This document shows positions 11,673-24,311 of a stretch of DNA of 64,000 nucleotides, one piece after another. A model generated the notes under the pieces. It saw only the letters and a list, made by a program, of their open reading frames with translations, ran no database searches and was not told the origin of the DNA. The position numbers and the translations under genes are program-made. The stretch is from Kudoa neothunni. Taxonomy: Eukaryota > Animalia > Cnidaria. Position 1 is the first letter of the stretch. Each line of letters opens with the position of its first letter. The DNA lies in the NCBI GenBank assembly GCA_964304625.1, contig OZ199840.1, positions 7,477,168 to 7,541,167 of the forward strand. The letters run 5' to 3'.

Positions 11673-13519
11673 TATAATTCGTAATGTTGATAATTAGAAC
11701 CAGATGTCATTTAGGTATGATTGATCAATTTTTTTTAATTTAATCGCAATATTTTTTCTTCGTGTCTAGAGTTATTTTTGTTAAAAGATGTTTTTTAAAT
11801 TTATTTAATACATCCTTTGGAAAGTACATTTTCATTTGGGTTCGAGTTAATTTAAAGATACGCTTCAAACTTTAAAAGAGGGTTTACATCCTTTGTATGT
11901 GATGAGGTACTTTCATATCCAATTTTGAAGGTCAAAAGATATCTTTAAAGAGGAACAGCGTTAAACCAGACAAAAATGATTTTTTGTTTTAGGATAAGTT
12001 TTCTTAAAGATAATTTAGGATTTTTTTAATTAGATGAATCTTTTCTCTATGTTCATTCAAATTAAATTTAAACCCAAGTTATTTTACTGGATTAAATTGT
12101 TACATAGAACGTATTTTCTACAACCCTCTAATGTTAGTTAGATAATAATATAACGTTTATTTCCTTGGATTTATATCTTAATTAAAATAGAAAAGAACGT
12201 ATCTAAACAACGCCTTTTGTTTTATTTACTTAAGTGACAATTCTTTACAAATGCATTGCAAATATAGAAAACTAAATTAACCCATGTGGAGATTTTCAAA
12301 GTTTGAAATGAAATCGCGTCTTATTAATTAAAATTTTTTTTATTGTAATGAGTTGTAACGGATTCTTAAAAACCCAGTTAGTTAGGAAACGCTGACCTAA
12401 CGCATTATTTCTTTGTGTATTGTTGCACATGCACAAACATATATAAAACATATATACAAAATCAGGCACTTGTGAGTATTTGCTTCGGGTAAGCATTCGA
12501 TGATTTCACCACAGTATTAGATTACCACGCATTTCGAAACATCCAACAAAATTATAATTAAAAAGTTTAAAACATGTTAAAGTTAAATTTAAGAATTTTT
12601 AAAAAGTTAAATTATTTTAAAACAAATGAAGTAAATAAAACAGTATGAGGCATTTCTCTTTAATTCTATGTAAAAAATCGTCTTGTGATAATAAGACCAC
12701 ACAACCATTCTCTATTGTTGAACCAGATAGTTTATGAAATTCGGGTAATTTTATCCAACTTTTCTGTAATGATGGCGACTATGGGATACTATGGGATAGG
12801 CTTACCATCAGCAATATCGTTCATTTTTCTTCTTATGGAAGTTTTGAATATGTCTTAAGATAGTCGCTATTATTCATGATTCATACGGCATTGTTACAGT
12901 AAACAAATTGGAAATTATTTACACGGTATATTGTAATTTTTCAAGTTCCTGCAAATAAAATTATTTTTTGCCAATTTTACGCCGAAAAAACAACATAAAA
13001 GTTATCAAAACTTGTGTATAAACTTCCGAACTTTTAATATTGTGCCGAATATGATCGAGGCGTAACGAAGATTCGGCTTCCAGGGTCCAATAAAACGTCG
13101 CATCTGACACTTCCTAATTTCGGTCATGCCTGTAAAATTGGTAGGCAGCCTAGAAGCAGTGTCAGATTGTGCTTATGCTTTTGAAAAATTATCAAAATTT
13201 TATTATTTGATGCAAAATAAACAGATAAATAAATATAACATTATTAAATTAAAGAAAACTGTTTGTAATAAAATTATTTTTGCTGTTTTGTACCTACAAG
13301 GGTATGCACTGCATACTCCGCATACTCTGAGGTCGCGCGCATGTACAAAATGACTGGACCCGACCACATTTAAGAAAGCAGGACACCGGGGTTTGCATTC
13401 ATGTTGGGACTCCCAGGGAATCAATCTGGGGTTGAGCAATATTCATTTCTGGAATTTTCGTACGAACATTAATTATTTAATCATAGAAAATATAATAGTA
13501 ATTAATCTTTACCGTTGTC

Positions 13520-14600
13520 TTCTAAACGGTGGCACTTTTCAATGAATGACCCAGAATTCTTTGAAAATTGTAATATTTTTCTCTTCTTTGATGGGATTGC
13601 AAGAATTTGTCATTCTTTCTTTCAAGTCAGATCTTCCATTTAAGGACCTATTTCGTATGATACGTGGCTTATTTAATGAAATCATTCCCTCGCAATGATT
13701 CAAAAATGGTGCATAAATGGGTAAATAATAAACTTGTGGAACTCAACTATCATAAAATTCTTCATTTTAATGATGGAACCTATCATTGTTTATTATGATA
13801 GAAAATGTATCATGCCCAATTGTTTCTTGACTTTCTTTTTGAAGCGTCTGAGAAATTTCAGTGTTGGCGATTTAAAAATTTTCTTCATAGTGGATAAATC
13901 CTTTGATGAAAAACAAGGATTATAGTTATATTTGTTCCTACGCTGTTTTGAAGAGGAGAATCCGAATTTCCATCTCTCATTGCGCGAACACGAGTTTGTG
14001 TCACATATAGATTGAATGTGCTTTCATTCACGAAAATTAACTTTTTGTATCTGATATGAATTGGAAAGTTTCCGTGCTATTTTACGTATTCCTTTCTTTT
14101 TAACTTAGTTTGGTCTGTCAGAATTTCGACTTAGTGGAATACTTATTATCACCTTAAAAGCGAGCTTCATTGACATTAACCATCTCCATACGATTGTTTC
14201 GAACGCTTTAAGATCTGATTTCCCAATCATCATAGAAATAGATATTGTGCAGTCATCATTAACGAGACTAAGGAGTTGGCCTCTTATTTCATCGTTTACA
14301 ACGTCACGTCTTATTCCTTCTCTTTACGATTTGGTTGTAATATTGTCCTCATTATATCCTGAAAATATTGTTAACCGTTAAGGTGTTTCTTTTGAGAAAT
14401 TGCGCTATATTAACATGGGGTTTCCTTACGTTGACGACAAGGTGATAGATTCTTTTTCATCATGGTCCAAGATTTTATTGTAATGAGTCCTCTGTTAATG
14501 CTGAATAAACTTTTTAATCTGAATCTAATTTCAAACTATCGAAATCATAAATGGCATAATTCCAACTTGGATGTAAACCTTGGTAATACTCAACGATGAT
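13520..14600 (-). pseudogene. Tc1/IS630-like transposase relic
   Basis: LPIYAPFLNHCE (compare LPPYSPFLNPIE) near 13690-13725, with HTH-like upstream fragments; many stops and frameshifts. Confidence 0.6.
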
Positions 14601-15151
14601 AAATCAATTTTGTTCATTTTATACTAAGGTAAGAGTCACGCGTTGCAAAAGTTATTTGTTGTGGGTTCTGAGTGCAATTTTTCGGATACAATGACTTAAG
14701 GTTCTTACGTAATTATTTTGAATACGCATTACACCAATGGTGGGTACACATTCAGGCTTGGGGATTATATGAGAATATTATGGGTTGCCAAAGGGTTATA
14801 TGTTATAAAATCTCTAATTAATATCTGACATAATGATATAATGTATCATATAAATAATAAAGCGGGAAAAAACTAACAAAGTTAAATATAAACAATCATT
14901 TTTTTATAATTTTATTATATCATATCAAGGAGTAACGTTGTTGGTTGAACCTCATAGTACTTTATTTAAATTCATATCAAACAAAATTGATCTATTCTGG
15001 CGTTTATTTATTTTCATGCTGGAGGAACTTTGATTGCAAATATAATTAGATTCGGGCATTGAGAGTATTTTGGCCAGGAATTTTTTCATACAAAGAAAAG
15101 CTTAGGATGGCATCGATATGTAGAAATCAATTAGAGATATGTTGAGAAATA

Positions 15152-16361
15152 CAGTGTTTCAAGTTCGAGATGCATTATCTGAAAAAAATGGGTCATTGTT
15201 AATATTAAAATAATCAATCAATTTTCAATAATTTTGTTGTTTAAGTATCGTGGGAAAAACTCTCCGCATGATTACAATAATTTTTACATTGCGTAATTGT
15301 CACATCACTTGGATTAGATTTTATCTCCTTTAAAGTTAAACTTTAGTTGTTGGATTCTTGTTTCATTATTATTTTAAGTTGATTGTAAAGTTATGAATGG
15401 AGGATATGGCGGTAGAAATAGAATCGAGTGATTTGTTCCTGTCATAAGATCCATGATGTAGTCGGTTTTGTGGAACCTTACGTTGTCCATTATGAGCAAA
15501 GCATTTGATACATCGTTCAATTGTAGCTCCACAAAAAGTTGGATTAAACATTCAGAAAATACATTTTCATTTACTGAACCATCGTGTATTTTGGTTTACA
15601 ATACTTTCTGGGAGCTTATTGCGACTTTCAATATAATATATTGGAGCGAACGATTCTCACCGTTAAATTTTCTCTATATCCAATAGGGAACCTTCCAAAA
15701 ATGTGTCTCATTAATAAGGAAAATCCTGCTTCGTCAATATGGAGAACAAGAGAATAATTTGGCCCTTGTTGAAGATAATTCATTACATAACTAATTTAGA
15801 GTTCATTTTAATTTAATGTATATAATTTACTTTTCGTTTCTCTGTATTTTCGGCTAGGTTTATGCCAATAGGAACTATGGAATTTTTTTAAATAAACAAT
15901 GAAATCCATCGAGAACATTAGAAATCGTTTGTGTTGATACACTAATGTTAAATTTTGAATTTAGCATTACCCCTAAATATTTTAATTATGGTGCAATTGT
16001 CGTCATAAAGTTAATTTAGTGATTTTTTAGGTTCTTCGTATAATAATTGACGTCGGATGTCTCCCATTTTTTCCTTTTCCACATTTCCTGTAGAATTCTT
16101 CAATTTTAGAATTTTTGTGACAGTAGTCGGATGAACTCCAAAAAACTTTACAATTTGTTCAGTTGGCACTTTTTCATTCAAATTATGTGGCTGATTAATA
16201 AAAAATAACGAACTTTAGATAAATGTAGAATTAAATTTCGTGAAGTCATATTTGTTGTGTTATATTTTCTTTTTTTACAGTTGAATTAATTATTATATCA
16301 GCTGAATCTATGAAATTTGTATCTTGATCGGACATCGATGAGTCCTGAACTTGAAACACTG
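15152..16361 (-). mobile_element. Tc1/IS630-like element with degenerate transposase
   Basis: Perfect 15-bp TIR CAGTGTTTCAAGTTC at both ends, TA at 15150-51 and 16362-63. IDEAGF and IMDNVRFHK catalytic motifs on the minus strand. Confidence 0.88.
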
Positions 16362-17989
16362 TATTTCTTTTGATAAATTGTTCTGTTAAATTTCAATCAA
16401 TTCATGCTATAACTCATCAGAGGCACCAGTTAAATCTGTAGAAAAAGAACTGATTATCTGAAACTCTTGAAATATCACTTAAAACTCGAAGCTCAGATTT
16501 TTGAGTTGAAGGTTATTATTAGAACCACAAGCATTTGGGAACATTCTAATTTATAAGCGATGTAAAATGATAAACTTTTCCATCTGTTGCCTATTTTTGA
16601 AACAAACATAACGTTTATTGTAATGATTTAATTTATGAAACATTTTTAAACAATTTTCCATTAAGGTTCTGCAATTATTTTATTCTGACACAGCAATAAT
16701 TTGAAGCCAACTCTGGGATTAAACATTGTAGGCATATAATCATCGATCATTTTGTTACATTTTTACCATGTTTAAATATTCAAATAAGTTACAAAATAAT
16801 AAAATAGTTTTAGATTATAAGATAAAAGTTTTTTAGTCTAAAACTATTGAAATTTTGGAAACACTTAATTTTTTTATCAAAATCAAAAATAATTTTATTC
16901 TAAAATAATGTTAATTTATAGTTTGTAGAATATTTCACGTTATACGAAAAATAACAATAAGAATTTGAACGTTTTTACAATAAATTACAACAGAAATTAA
17001 TCAATTAAAACACAAAATCGTCGTTTGTTGATATATTTAAAAAAATATAATCATTAAATATATTGTATTTTGTTAATTTTTTTATCAAATGTAGATACAC
17101 ATTTAATTATAAATTTATTGAACGATAATTAATTAAATGAATCGACATAATCTCCGCTATCAATACCATATTTTATTAAATCATTTTAACTTGTGGTCTA
17201 TCGATGAAAACATAAATTTGTAAATAAACATTAATCAACAATAGTAATATAACAAGAGGAATTTTTTGTCATTATGACAATATTAATTTGTTATAATATC
17301 GAACCTCAAAGTAAACATAACACGAATCTAGCTGAATTGGAATAATTGGAAATTTAAACATATTTATTTTTTAATAATAATATTTCGCCAAATTCATATT
17401 AGGGAAAATAAAAAATATCGCAATAAATATTTACTTTCACTAAATAAACAAATACCACTCAATAAATCAACACATTGAAATCTAAATTTGGCTTAAAGCT
17501 CCGCGGGTGGAAAAATAAGATAAATACTTGGGGACCGCCGCATTTTGCCCGGCATTGTAATAGAAGTTTCGAAACAAAAAGTGTGATAGGATGAACACTT
17601 TCAGATATAATGTTGAATAAGAAAGCATTTTTTTCCAATAAATGAAAATTAAATCGTAATGAGAAGATATTCGTTGTTTCATAGTAGGGAATAAAACTCC
17701 GCAAAAATGTTTAATTTAAGAATTTAAGCCCCTCATCATAATTTTCAACTTGCATATGTCGAAACCCGATAAAACATTCAAAATTAAAGTAAGAGATTAA
17801 ACACGAAAATTATACGACTAAAGTGCGCAGAATAAATCTCCCATGGAAAATTAGCATTGAAATTAACAAAATGTTATCTCTTATATTAAAATGAATCTCG
17901 CGTACGTTCAAACACAAGAGTTTGTATACACCTTGAATAATAATGATAGACAAGATAGTTATTTATGGATAGACGGAATAAAAATTAAA

Positions 17990-19502
17990 TTATCGATAAT
18001 GCAAACGTTCATGTGCTGGTGGAATTAAAGTGTCAGTATTATTGCGTGCAATGTAGTCTTTATGACTAGTAATGATTGTTCTGTGGTAGGCCAGCACTTT
18101 TTGGATACCATGTTCAATAGGGATAGGGTTTACACCGGTATCTTTGAGAGTGAGTATGCTTTTATCACGCCGAATAAAATCATTGAGCAATATGGTTTTG
18201 GGAAGGTTTCCAACAAGAATTTTATGTGGGTAATTTTCTCCTAAGGATTTCGGAAATGGTCTAAAAATAATTGTTAACGGCATCTCACACATTAAACTAT
18301 AGAAATTTAAAATACAAAAATAAGAACTCTACATAATGATCAACAGCATCATTCGAATGCAAATATTTATGTACATAACCGAGTATATCAGAGAGATAGT
18401 ATTCTTGGTCACTAACAACAATTCAAATTATGTTATAACAACCTACTGAAAAAATCCAGTTTACAAATAGAATTCAAACGTTCTTCCCTGGAAATACTCC
18501 GGATGAAGAACAATATTTTGAATAGCTTTGCTAATATCGCCCAACTAGATAACAATTTTGAAAATTAAGCCAACACTCCTAACTAAGATTCCAATTACAA
18601 ACAATGGGCGTTTAATGGTATGTTTAGCGTAGCGTTGAAGCAAAGATTTGTACAAAAACTCCATGACTACGATCACATTAGACATTTATTGTAAGAACCA
18701 GGTAGTTGGTTATTCTTACATGTGTAGTATTGGATAAAAGTTTCGTTGAACGAGTAAAAATTTGTTGGGCGTACAATATTGACTTTGGGATAGATTTCTC
18801 TAACGGTAGCTTCTCCTAAAGCCTACACATATGTACGTTTGAGCTGACACAGGTTCTTCCAAATTGGATGTACTTTTGATTTGGCGATTGCATTGTTGGA
18901 GTTGATATTGGCATAGAATGATGACATATGAACAAAACAGTTGACCTTTGGTGAGTTTGCAACCATTTTGGCAATAATAGTTGGCACTTTTACATTAGAA
19001 TCGTGAGCCGTCCTTTAAATGGAAATTTTTGAACAGTGGAAATTTTCACACAAAAATCCTACCTCCAATGGAGCTCACTGCCGATCAGATTAATAACTAC
19101 ATCAGAATTTTGAACACAGGCCAGCACTTTAGGATCGTCCCAATTGTCGTCATAATCCTTTGAAAATTGTGCGTTTGGTATTAGTAAAAAAATTTCAATT
19201 ATATATCTTTATTTATATTTGTATTACAACAGGAAGTATTTTTCCGTAGTCCCCGCTGACCACATTTTGACGAATAATTTGGTGTTCGCATCTGTATGGC
19301 AGAAAGATTTGATATCCATCTTGAGCTAGCACAAAAAATATTGAGCCGAGTTGATGTGGTACACATGTGACGTCATACCCAATCTCGATACTAGATTAAA
19401 ACCAAGGTAACAGTTACCACCAAAAATGGTGGCTGTTTTGCCATTCCAGGCACATTCGCCTTGAAAGCCTCCTTGCATGAAGGTGCGTTTGAAGTGCAGC
19501 AT
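17990..19502 (-). CDS. NDUFA9: NADH dehydrogenase (complex I) 39-kDa accessory subunit, about 9 exons
   Basis: Spliced: MLHFKRTF..GKTATIFGGNCYLGFNLVSRL / AQDGYQIFLPYRCE..GDYGKI / QNSDVVINLIG / NVKVPTIIAK..FVHMS / ALGEATVREIYPKVNIVRPT / GDISKAI..GRTFEF / ..LTLKDTGVNPIPIE..VLAYHR. Exon 1 19502-19379, exon 2 19325-19228, exon 3 19157-19063, exon 4 19012-18874, exon 5 18822-18720; all checked junctions are GT-AG. Confidence 0.9.
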
Positions 19503-19676
19503 CGATTTCTAGATTCATTTGATAATTCACATCAACTCAATCAGTTATACGCTTTTATGAGGTTGATTTAGAATATTTATAGCTAATTCAGAACATTAAA
19601 CTACAAAATAAAACTCAGAAGCTAACTTGAATTGCACAAAATTCGAAAACCGAGCATATTTTTTAAAAAATCTTGG

Positions 19677-19687
19677 ATGCGCACGCA
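19677..19687 (+). promoter_or_regulatory. ATGCGCACGCA, NRF-1-like candidate motif upstream of NDUFA9
   Basis: Lies 175 bp upstream of the NDUFA9 ATG. An identical 11-mer lies upstream of NDUFA5. Confidence 0.4.
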
Positions 19688-20007
19688 CAATTCAAGATTT
19701 GACATAAAAATAAACTGGAACAAATCAGAATTCAACTTCGATTAAAATGAATGAACAAACTCTAATGATTTTGGGTTACATTTTTACCCCAACAAAAAGT
19801 TGTTGGTTGTACACCTGTTTTTTTTCTCTTCATAGGATAAAAGTTTTTTCTAGTCTTCCAAAAAGTTAAGAAATATATTATTTAATAATATTATGACTAG
19901 AAATGTAAAATAAGAAAAATTATAACCTATTTACACTCCAATGAATGTAAGGGGTAAAAAATACCCTAGATTTTTTTTCTCCGATTGATGGATAAAATGT
20001 TACATAT

Positions 20008-20033
20008 TATATATATATATATATATATATATA
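20008..20033. repeat. (TA)n microsatellite
   Basis: About 13 TA units read directly. Confidence 0.95.
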
Positions 20034-20149
20034 AATTTCGATTTATCTGACAGATAAATTTGAAGTTGTACGGTTATTACCTCTACGGGACGTCAGGTCA
20101 CTTCTTATTTTAATTTCATCGCTGCGGTCGGTAATGCAGATGGATTTAG

Positions 20150-20630
20150 CCGATAGCAGTTATAACGATTATTTAAATTAATTTAAAAGTGAATATGGAT
20201 ATTTTGCAATTGATATATCGGAATAATCTAATGAGATTGAAAGCTTTGAGAATTCGGATCCATCCACATATACATTCAGTAATGATATATAGTGGTGTTT
20301 CTCTATTTAATGGGTTTTTAACTTATAAATTCGTTTTCCGTATATAACAAAAATTCAGGTGATAATATGGTCAGGAGAATGTTTTGAAAAATGGTGGGAA
20401 AGTTACTGTGTGAATTAATAATGGAAAGAAACATACGTAAACCCCCCAATCCTAAGAGCTCTTCCTTAACTATTCCTCTACAGTCCAGAAAACAAAATTC
20501 ACGAATAAGATTCTCAACGTGTGAATTTTTTCTAGTGATAACTAATTAGAAACCACCATTTTTTTTGCTTCAGATGTACGAAACACTGTTGCAAAATTTA
20601 TTCGATGAGTGTTTACAAATCTTGTTCCCA
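20150..20630 (+). pseudogene. piggyBac transposase C-terminal relic
   Basis: LINSFSVY..VRRMF*KMVGKLLC and the Cys-rich tail FCFRCTKHCC; heavily decayed. Confidence 0.45.
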
Positions 20631-21050
20631 TTAAATATTCTATTTTGTTGCAAAAATAATAATTAAAATATTTTCATATTATATAACTGTGAAATAAACT
20701 CAAACATTAAGCTTTAATCGAAAACTGATATGGCGGATTCTGACGAATAAAAATTTATTAGGATTATGAGGATTATTTCTCGGAATGTTGAGTTACAGCT
20801 GAATCTAGATCTAGATGCGGGATTTTGTATTTTTTTATTTTTAGAAATCAAATATTTTTTATGGTCCGAATGTAGAAATAAAAATCTGGTGTAAATTTTT
20901 ACCTCAAAATTCATCGGAATGCAGTCGATTTTTAATACATTAGATGGTTAATTAACACATAATTCATTTTTTAGAAAGTACACAAATTTGGAAGCCGATC
21001 AATATAATTTAAAAAATAACGAAATGAAAGTTCATAATAACAAAACAAAG

Positions 21051-21524
21051 CTAGGGCCATTTATATTGATTTGGAGGCGAAGGTTGAATGAAAGGTTCCC
21101 AATCCTTAGTTTCAAGCATTTTTCTCATTAGGTCCAGCTCACATTTGACTTGAAACATGTGAGATTCAATTTCTATAACATCGTGGATCTGTTCCATTTC
21201 TTGGACGGTTTTAGTCTATAAAACAAAAACATTAGTTACAAAAGTCGGAGCTATTATAAATACTTTGCAAATTTCAATATAAGAATTAACTTTGGGAACC
21301 ATCAACTTACGATAACTATACGTTTGGGGCATTTTTTCTAATAGATCGAGCATTTTAGTATACACCTCCATAAGACTCTATTCATTCAAAATCAAATCTA
21401 ATACACACGCCAAACACTACAAATTTGGGATTGACTAGAATTGGTACACCAGCTAGTTTGCATGCCTATATCAAGTGTTAGATTTTAAAGTGGTATTTGG
21501 TTCGTGTACAGCTTTGTAGCTCAT
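21051..21524 (-). CDS. NDUFA5: Complex I accessory subunit B13, 4 exons
   Basis: MSYKA / ACKLAGVPILVNPKF / SLMEVYTKMLDLLEKMPQTYSYRK.. / ..ELDLMRKMLETKDWEPFIQPSPPNQYKWP* matches the NDUFA5 pattern LYTKIL..IP..AYRK and WEPL..PP..QWKWP. Short GT-AG introns. Confidence 0.92.
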
Positions 21525-21554
21525 AGTGATTGCACAATATAAGAGATCGGCCTA

Positions 21555-21565
21555 TGCGTGCGCAT
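21555..21565 (-). promoter_or_regulatory. ATGCGCACGCA, NRF-1-like candidate motif upstream of NDUFA5
   Basis: Sits within the 60-bp TTC1-NDUFA5 gap, about 30 bp before the ATG, as part of the inverted repeat TATGCG-CA-CGCATA. Confidence 0.4.
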
Positions 21566-21584
21566 AAATCAACCAGTACAAACA

Positions 21585-22516
21585 TTATTTTTGAAAATTA
21601 ATGCTATAGGTGCCATCGTTTGGATTTTTGTCTACTTTAAAGTTGTCGGTTGAAAGGCCAAATGGTCTAAGGAATGTGTTTCCTAGTTGCTTTAATTTTG
21701 CTATACAAATTGTTATGACCACACACGCATCTAAACACTACAATTACTCAACATATCATCTTTTAATTGTTCATTTTTCTCATCAATTTTTTTCTTGAGT
21801 TCCTAAATAACGTACAATAACTTTTCATTGCAATTTAATTAAAAATTTACTGCAATTTTTTGTCTCGTCATATGAGGTTGATAGTTGAGTTCGAGTAGTC
21901 GTTCATAATCTAATCCAAAATATGAGTTGTTAAAAAATTCAAATTCTTAGCCACCTTCGACGGCTTTTTCCAACTTTTCAAGTTTTTCAAAGACAGTGGC
22001 CCTTCTTACCAATGGTTTAACAAAGGTTTCATCCATTTTCAACGCTAATCAACTATCGTAAACAATATGTTAAAACACCTTTACCAACCTTTTGTACAAT
22101 AAATCAAACATTGCTCGAACATATCCTAAATACAAAAATTAAAAATATTAATTACAAAAAGAGGCTCAACAAACCAATTTTTGATAGGCCAACGAGATAT
22201 TAGAAAATAAAATTGAGAGATCGATTATTCGCCTGTGTTTAGCACAAATTTTGACCGCAGTTTTATAACATTCGATGGATTCTTTAAATTCTATAGAATA
22301 AAAATCAATAAGGAGATATTAATCGTTGTTTTTTGTACTATTCTCATGAAATAAATCGTTGCCTTCTTGCTTCAAATCAGCAATCTCATTGAAAATACAT
22401 GTTTCAATCGCTCCATCGGTGTATATTTCTTCAATAACCTCACTAGGAATGTCACATTCACTTGAATTCAAAGATTTGACCTCCTTCTCCTCAAAATTAA
22501 CTTCATCGGGGTTCAT
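21585..22516 (-). CDS. TTC1: Tetratricopeptide repeat protein 1, about 7 exons
   Basis: Acidic N-terminus, TPRs ([47 protein letters not shown]) and the diagnostic C-terminus [29 protein letters not shown]. Confidence 0.93.
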
Positions 22517-22605
22517 GGCGAACGAACAAATTAGCAATGTAGTTTACTTGTGATCGGAAACTATCGTCATTTTCCGTCGAAGGGTTGTCCTCTGTTTGAC
22601 TGAAA

Positions 22606-22918
22606 ATGGAAGACCAAGAATTGGAAGAGTTGCTTTTTAGATTAATCGGAAAGTTTAATTATACAATTTTAGGGAGGCCATACGAATGATTCTGAAAGAA
22701 ACTAATGAATCAAAAATTAGAGCTGAAATAGGTGGTGCAACCGCTTGGTAAACCATAAATTTATTTTTGTGTTTAAGTTGGTTCCAAGGTCGTCCAAAAA
22801 ACCAAAAGGTTTCGATAAAAAATTTCTATCAAATATCATGACTCAAACTGCTTCCTCCAACAGAGTTGTTGAAAATCAACAAAAAAATAAGTTCAATGAT
22901 TCTGCTAAAGAAACTTAA
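22606..22918 (+). CDS. POLR1D isoform-2-like small protein (75 aa; exons 22606-22628, 22673-22747, 22789-22918)
   Basis: MEDQELEEEAIRMILKETNESKIRAEIGGATAWSSKKPKGFDKKFLSNIMTQT resembles remembered human POLR1D isoform 2 (MEEDQELERKAIEELLKEAKRGKTRAETMGPMGW..NKRFLINTI). Introns of 44 and 41 bp keep the frame (228 nt total). Confidence 0.8.
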
Positions 22919-23690
22919 TATGACAAGATGTTAAAGAATTATCCCCGGAAAATTTTTTTTATTTGTAGTAAATTTTTTATTTCATGTGTATTATTACAAG
23001 TTTATAATTTTTAAAAAGTTGTTTTAAATAACTGGGCGTGACAACATACGGCGGACTCATAATTAATCACTTATTTTCTAGACAAAACAAATGAAGCGAA
23101 TGACCATTATTTTCCGTTGCCTGATTCCTAAAATTTTGGCCGATTTACTAATTAAAATATTGGAAGGATGAACGTGTAGATGACAACAAATTTTTAAGGC
23201 CAATTATAAGGAATGGAAAATGACTATTCTGTTCAGGTAGATATCGAATTTTTTCGAGACAAGAGGGAGTTACTTGGTTAACATAACAGATAAATACATC
23301 ATGCGTTCGTTCCTTATCGTATCAACATCGATTGATGTTTCACCGTAACTACACGTGAAAATAAAAACAAATAATCTATTATTTTAAATTGACGTTTGAA
23401 AAAATTTTAATTTCTATCTTTTAATATATTGGTTATATTGGATTTCGCGAAATTTTAATAAACACGAGGATATTTGATATTAAACTTTCTTCTTTTGGTA
23501 ATACTGTTTAAAATGGAGTTTACCATTAGTAGGAGCGTTCGTAATACTTTTGTTTTTTATCGTAAAAAAATGTAAAGAAAATTTAATGGTCAGTTATCTG
23601 ATTGAATATGAACAAAAACTCATTTCTCGTATAAATAAGATTAACTGAATCGAATGAGCGAAAATGTTATTGAACTATAATACTATAATA

Positions 23691-24311
23691 CAGGGGTTCT
23701 CAACCGTTGTTTCTAATTTACCCCCTTAACTAACGTGGAAACCAAATTCATACTTACTTTAAGGTTTCATACTAGGTTAGCTATGGCAGAGGATATTTGA
23801 GGGGTAAATTCTGGCCCTAAAAGACATGTATACTTACATAATGACAAATTTTAAACCCATCAACTCCTACTCACTAGCTGTATACAGACTTTTTTATATT
23901 TTACCAAATTAAATTATTTCTGTCCCAATCCTTCGATCGTAAGGGCCAGGCACAATTAAAAATAGTCAAAACTAGTGACACCTAAATATTATTTACCATG
24001 CAATAAGCCACTTAAATTATTATTATTAAACAACGTCACTAAAAAATAAACGAGTTATGTAAGAAAGAGATCGATTATAGTTTTATGAATAATTGTTAAA
24101 TATTTAGTCCTAAAAACGTTTTAAGCATTTCTGCCAACTTCATAGTGAGCTTAATAACCTCGAACAATACAATTCCCTAGAAATCCCAAAGTACATCACA
24201 AACCTATAACGCAAAAATTGCCCCTATCCCATTTGGGTGTTACTTAATTTACCACCTGCCATTTGAATTTTACCCCCAAGCGATAAATTTACCCACGATT
24301 GAGAACCCCCG
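23691..24311. mobile_element. hAT non-autonomous element (621 bp)
   Basis: TIRs CAGGGGTTCTCAAC / ATTGAGAACCCCCG. 8-bp flanks CTATAATA / CTATTATG match 6/8. Repeated TTTACCC subterminal motifs. Confidence 0.75.

Noticed and set aside
12690-12960. Tc1-like C-terminal fragment on the minus strand
   Set aside because: Only vague motif resemblance; too decayed to support.
13125-13343. Possible hAT MITE with CATGC termini
   Set aside because: Inverted similarity is weak and no TSD was found.
16337-16360. Hammerhead-like GATGAGTCC..GAAAC
   Set aside because: Lacks CUGAUGA and stem II pairing; it is the Tc1 TIR.
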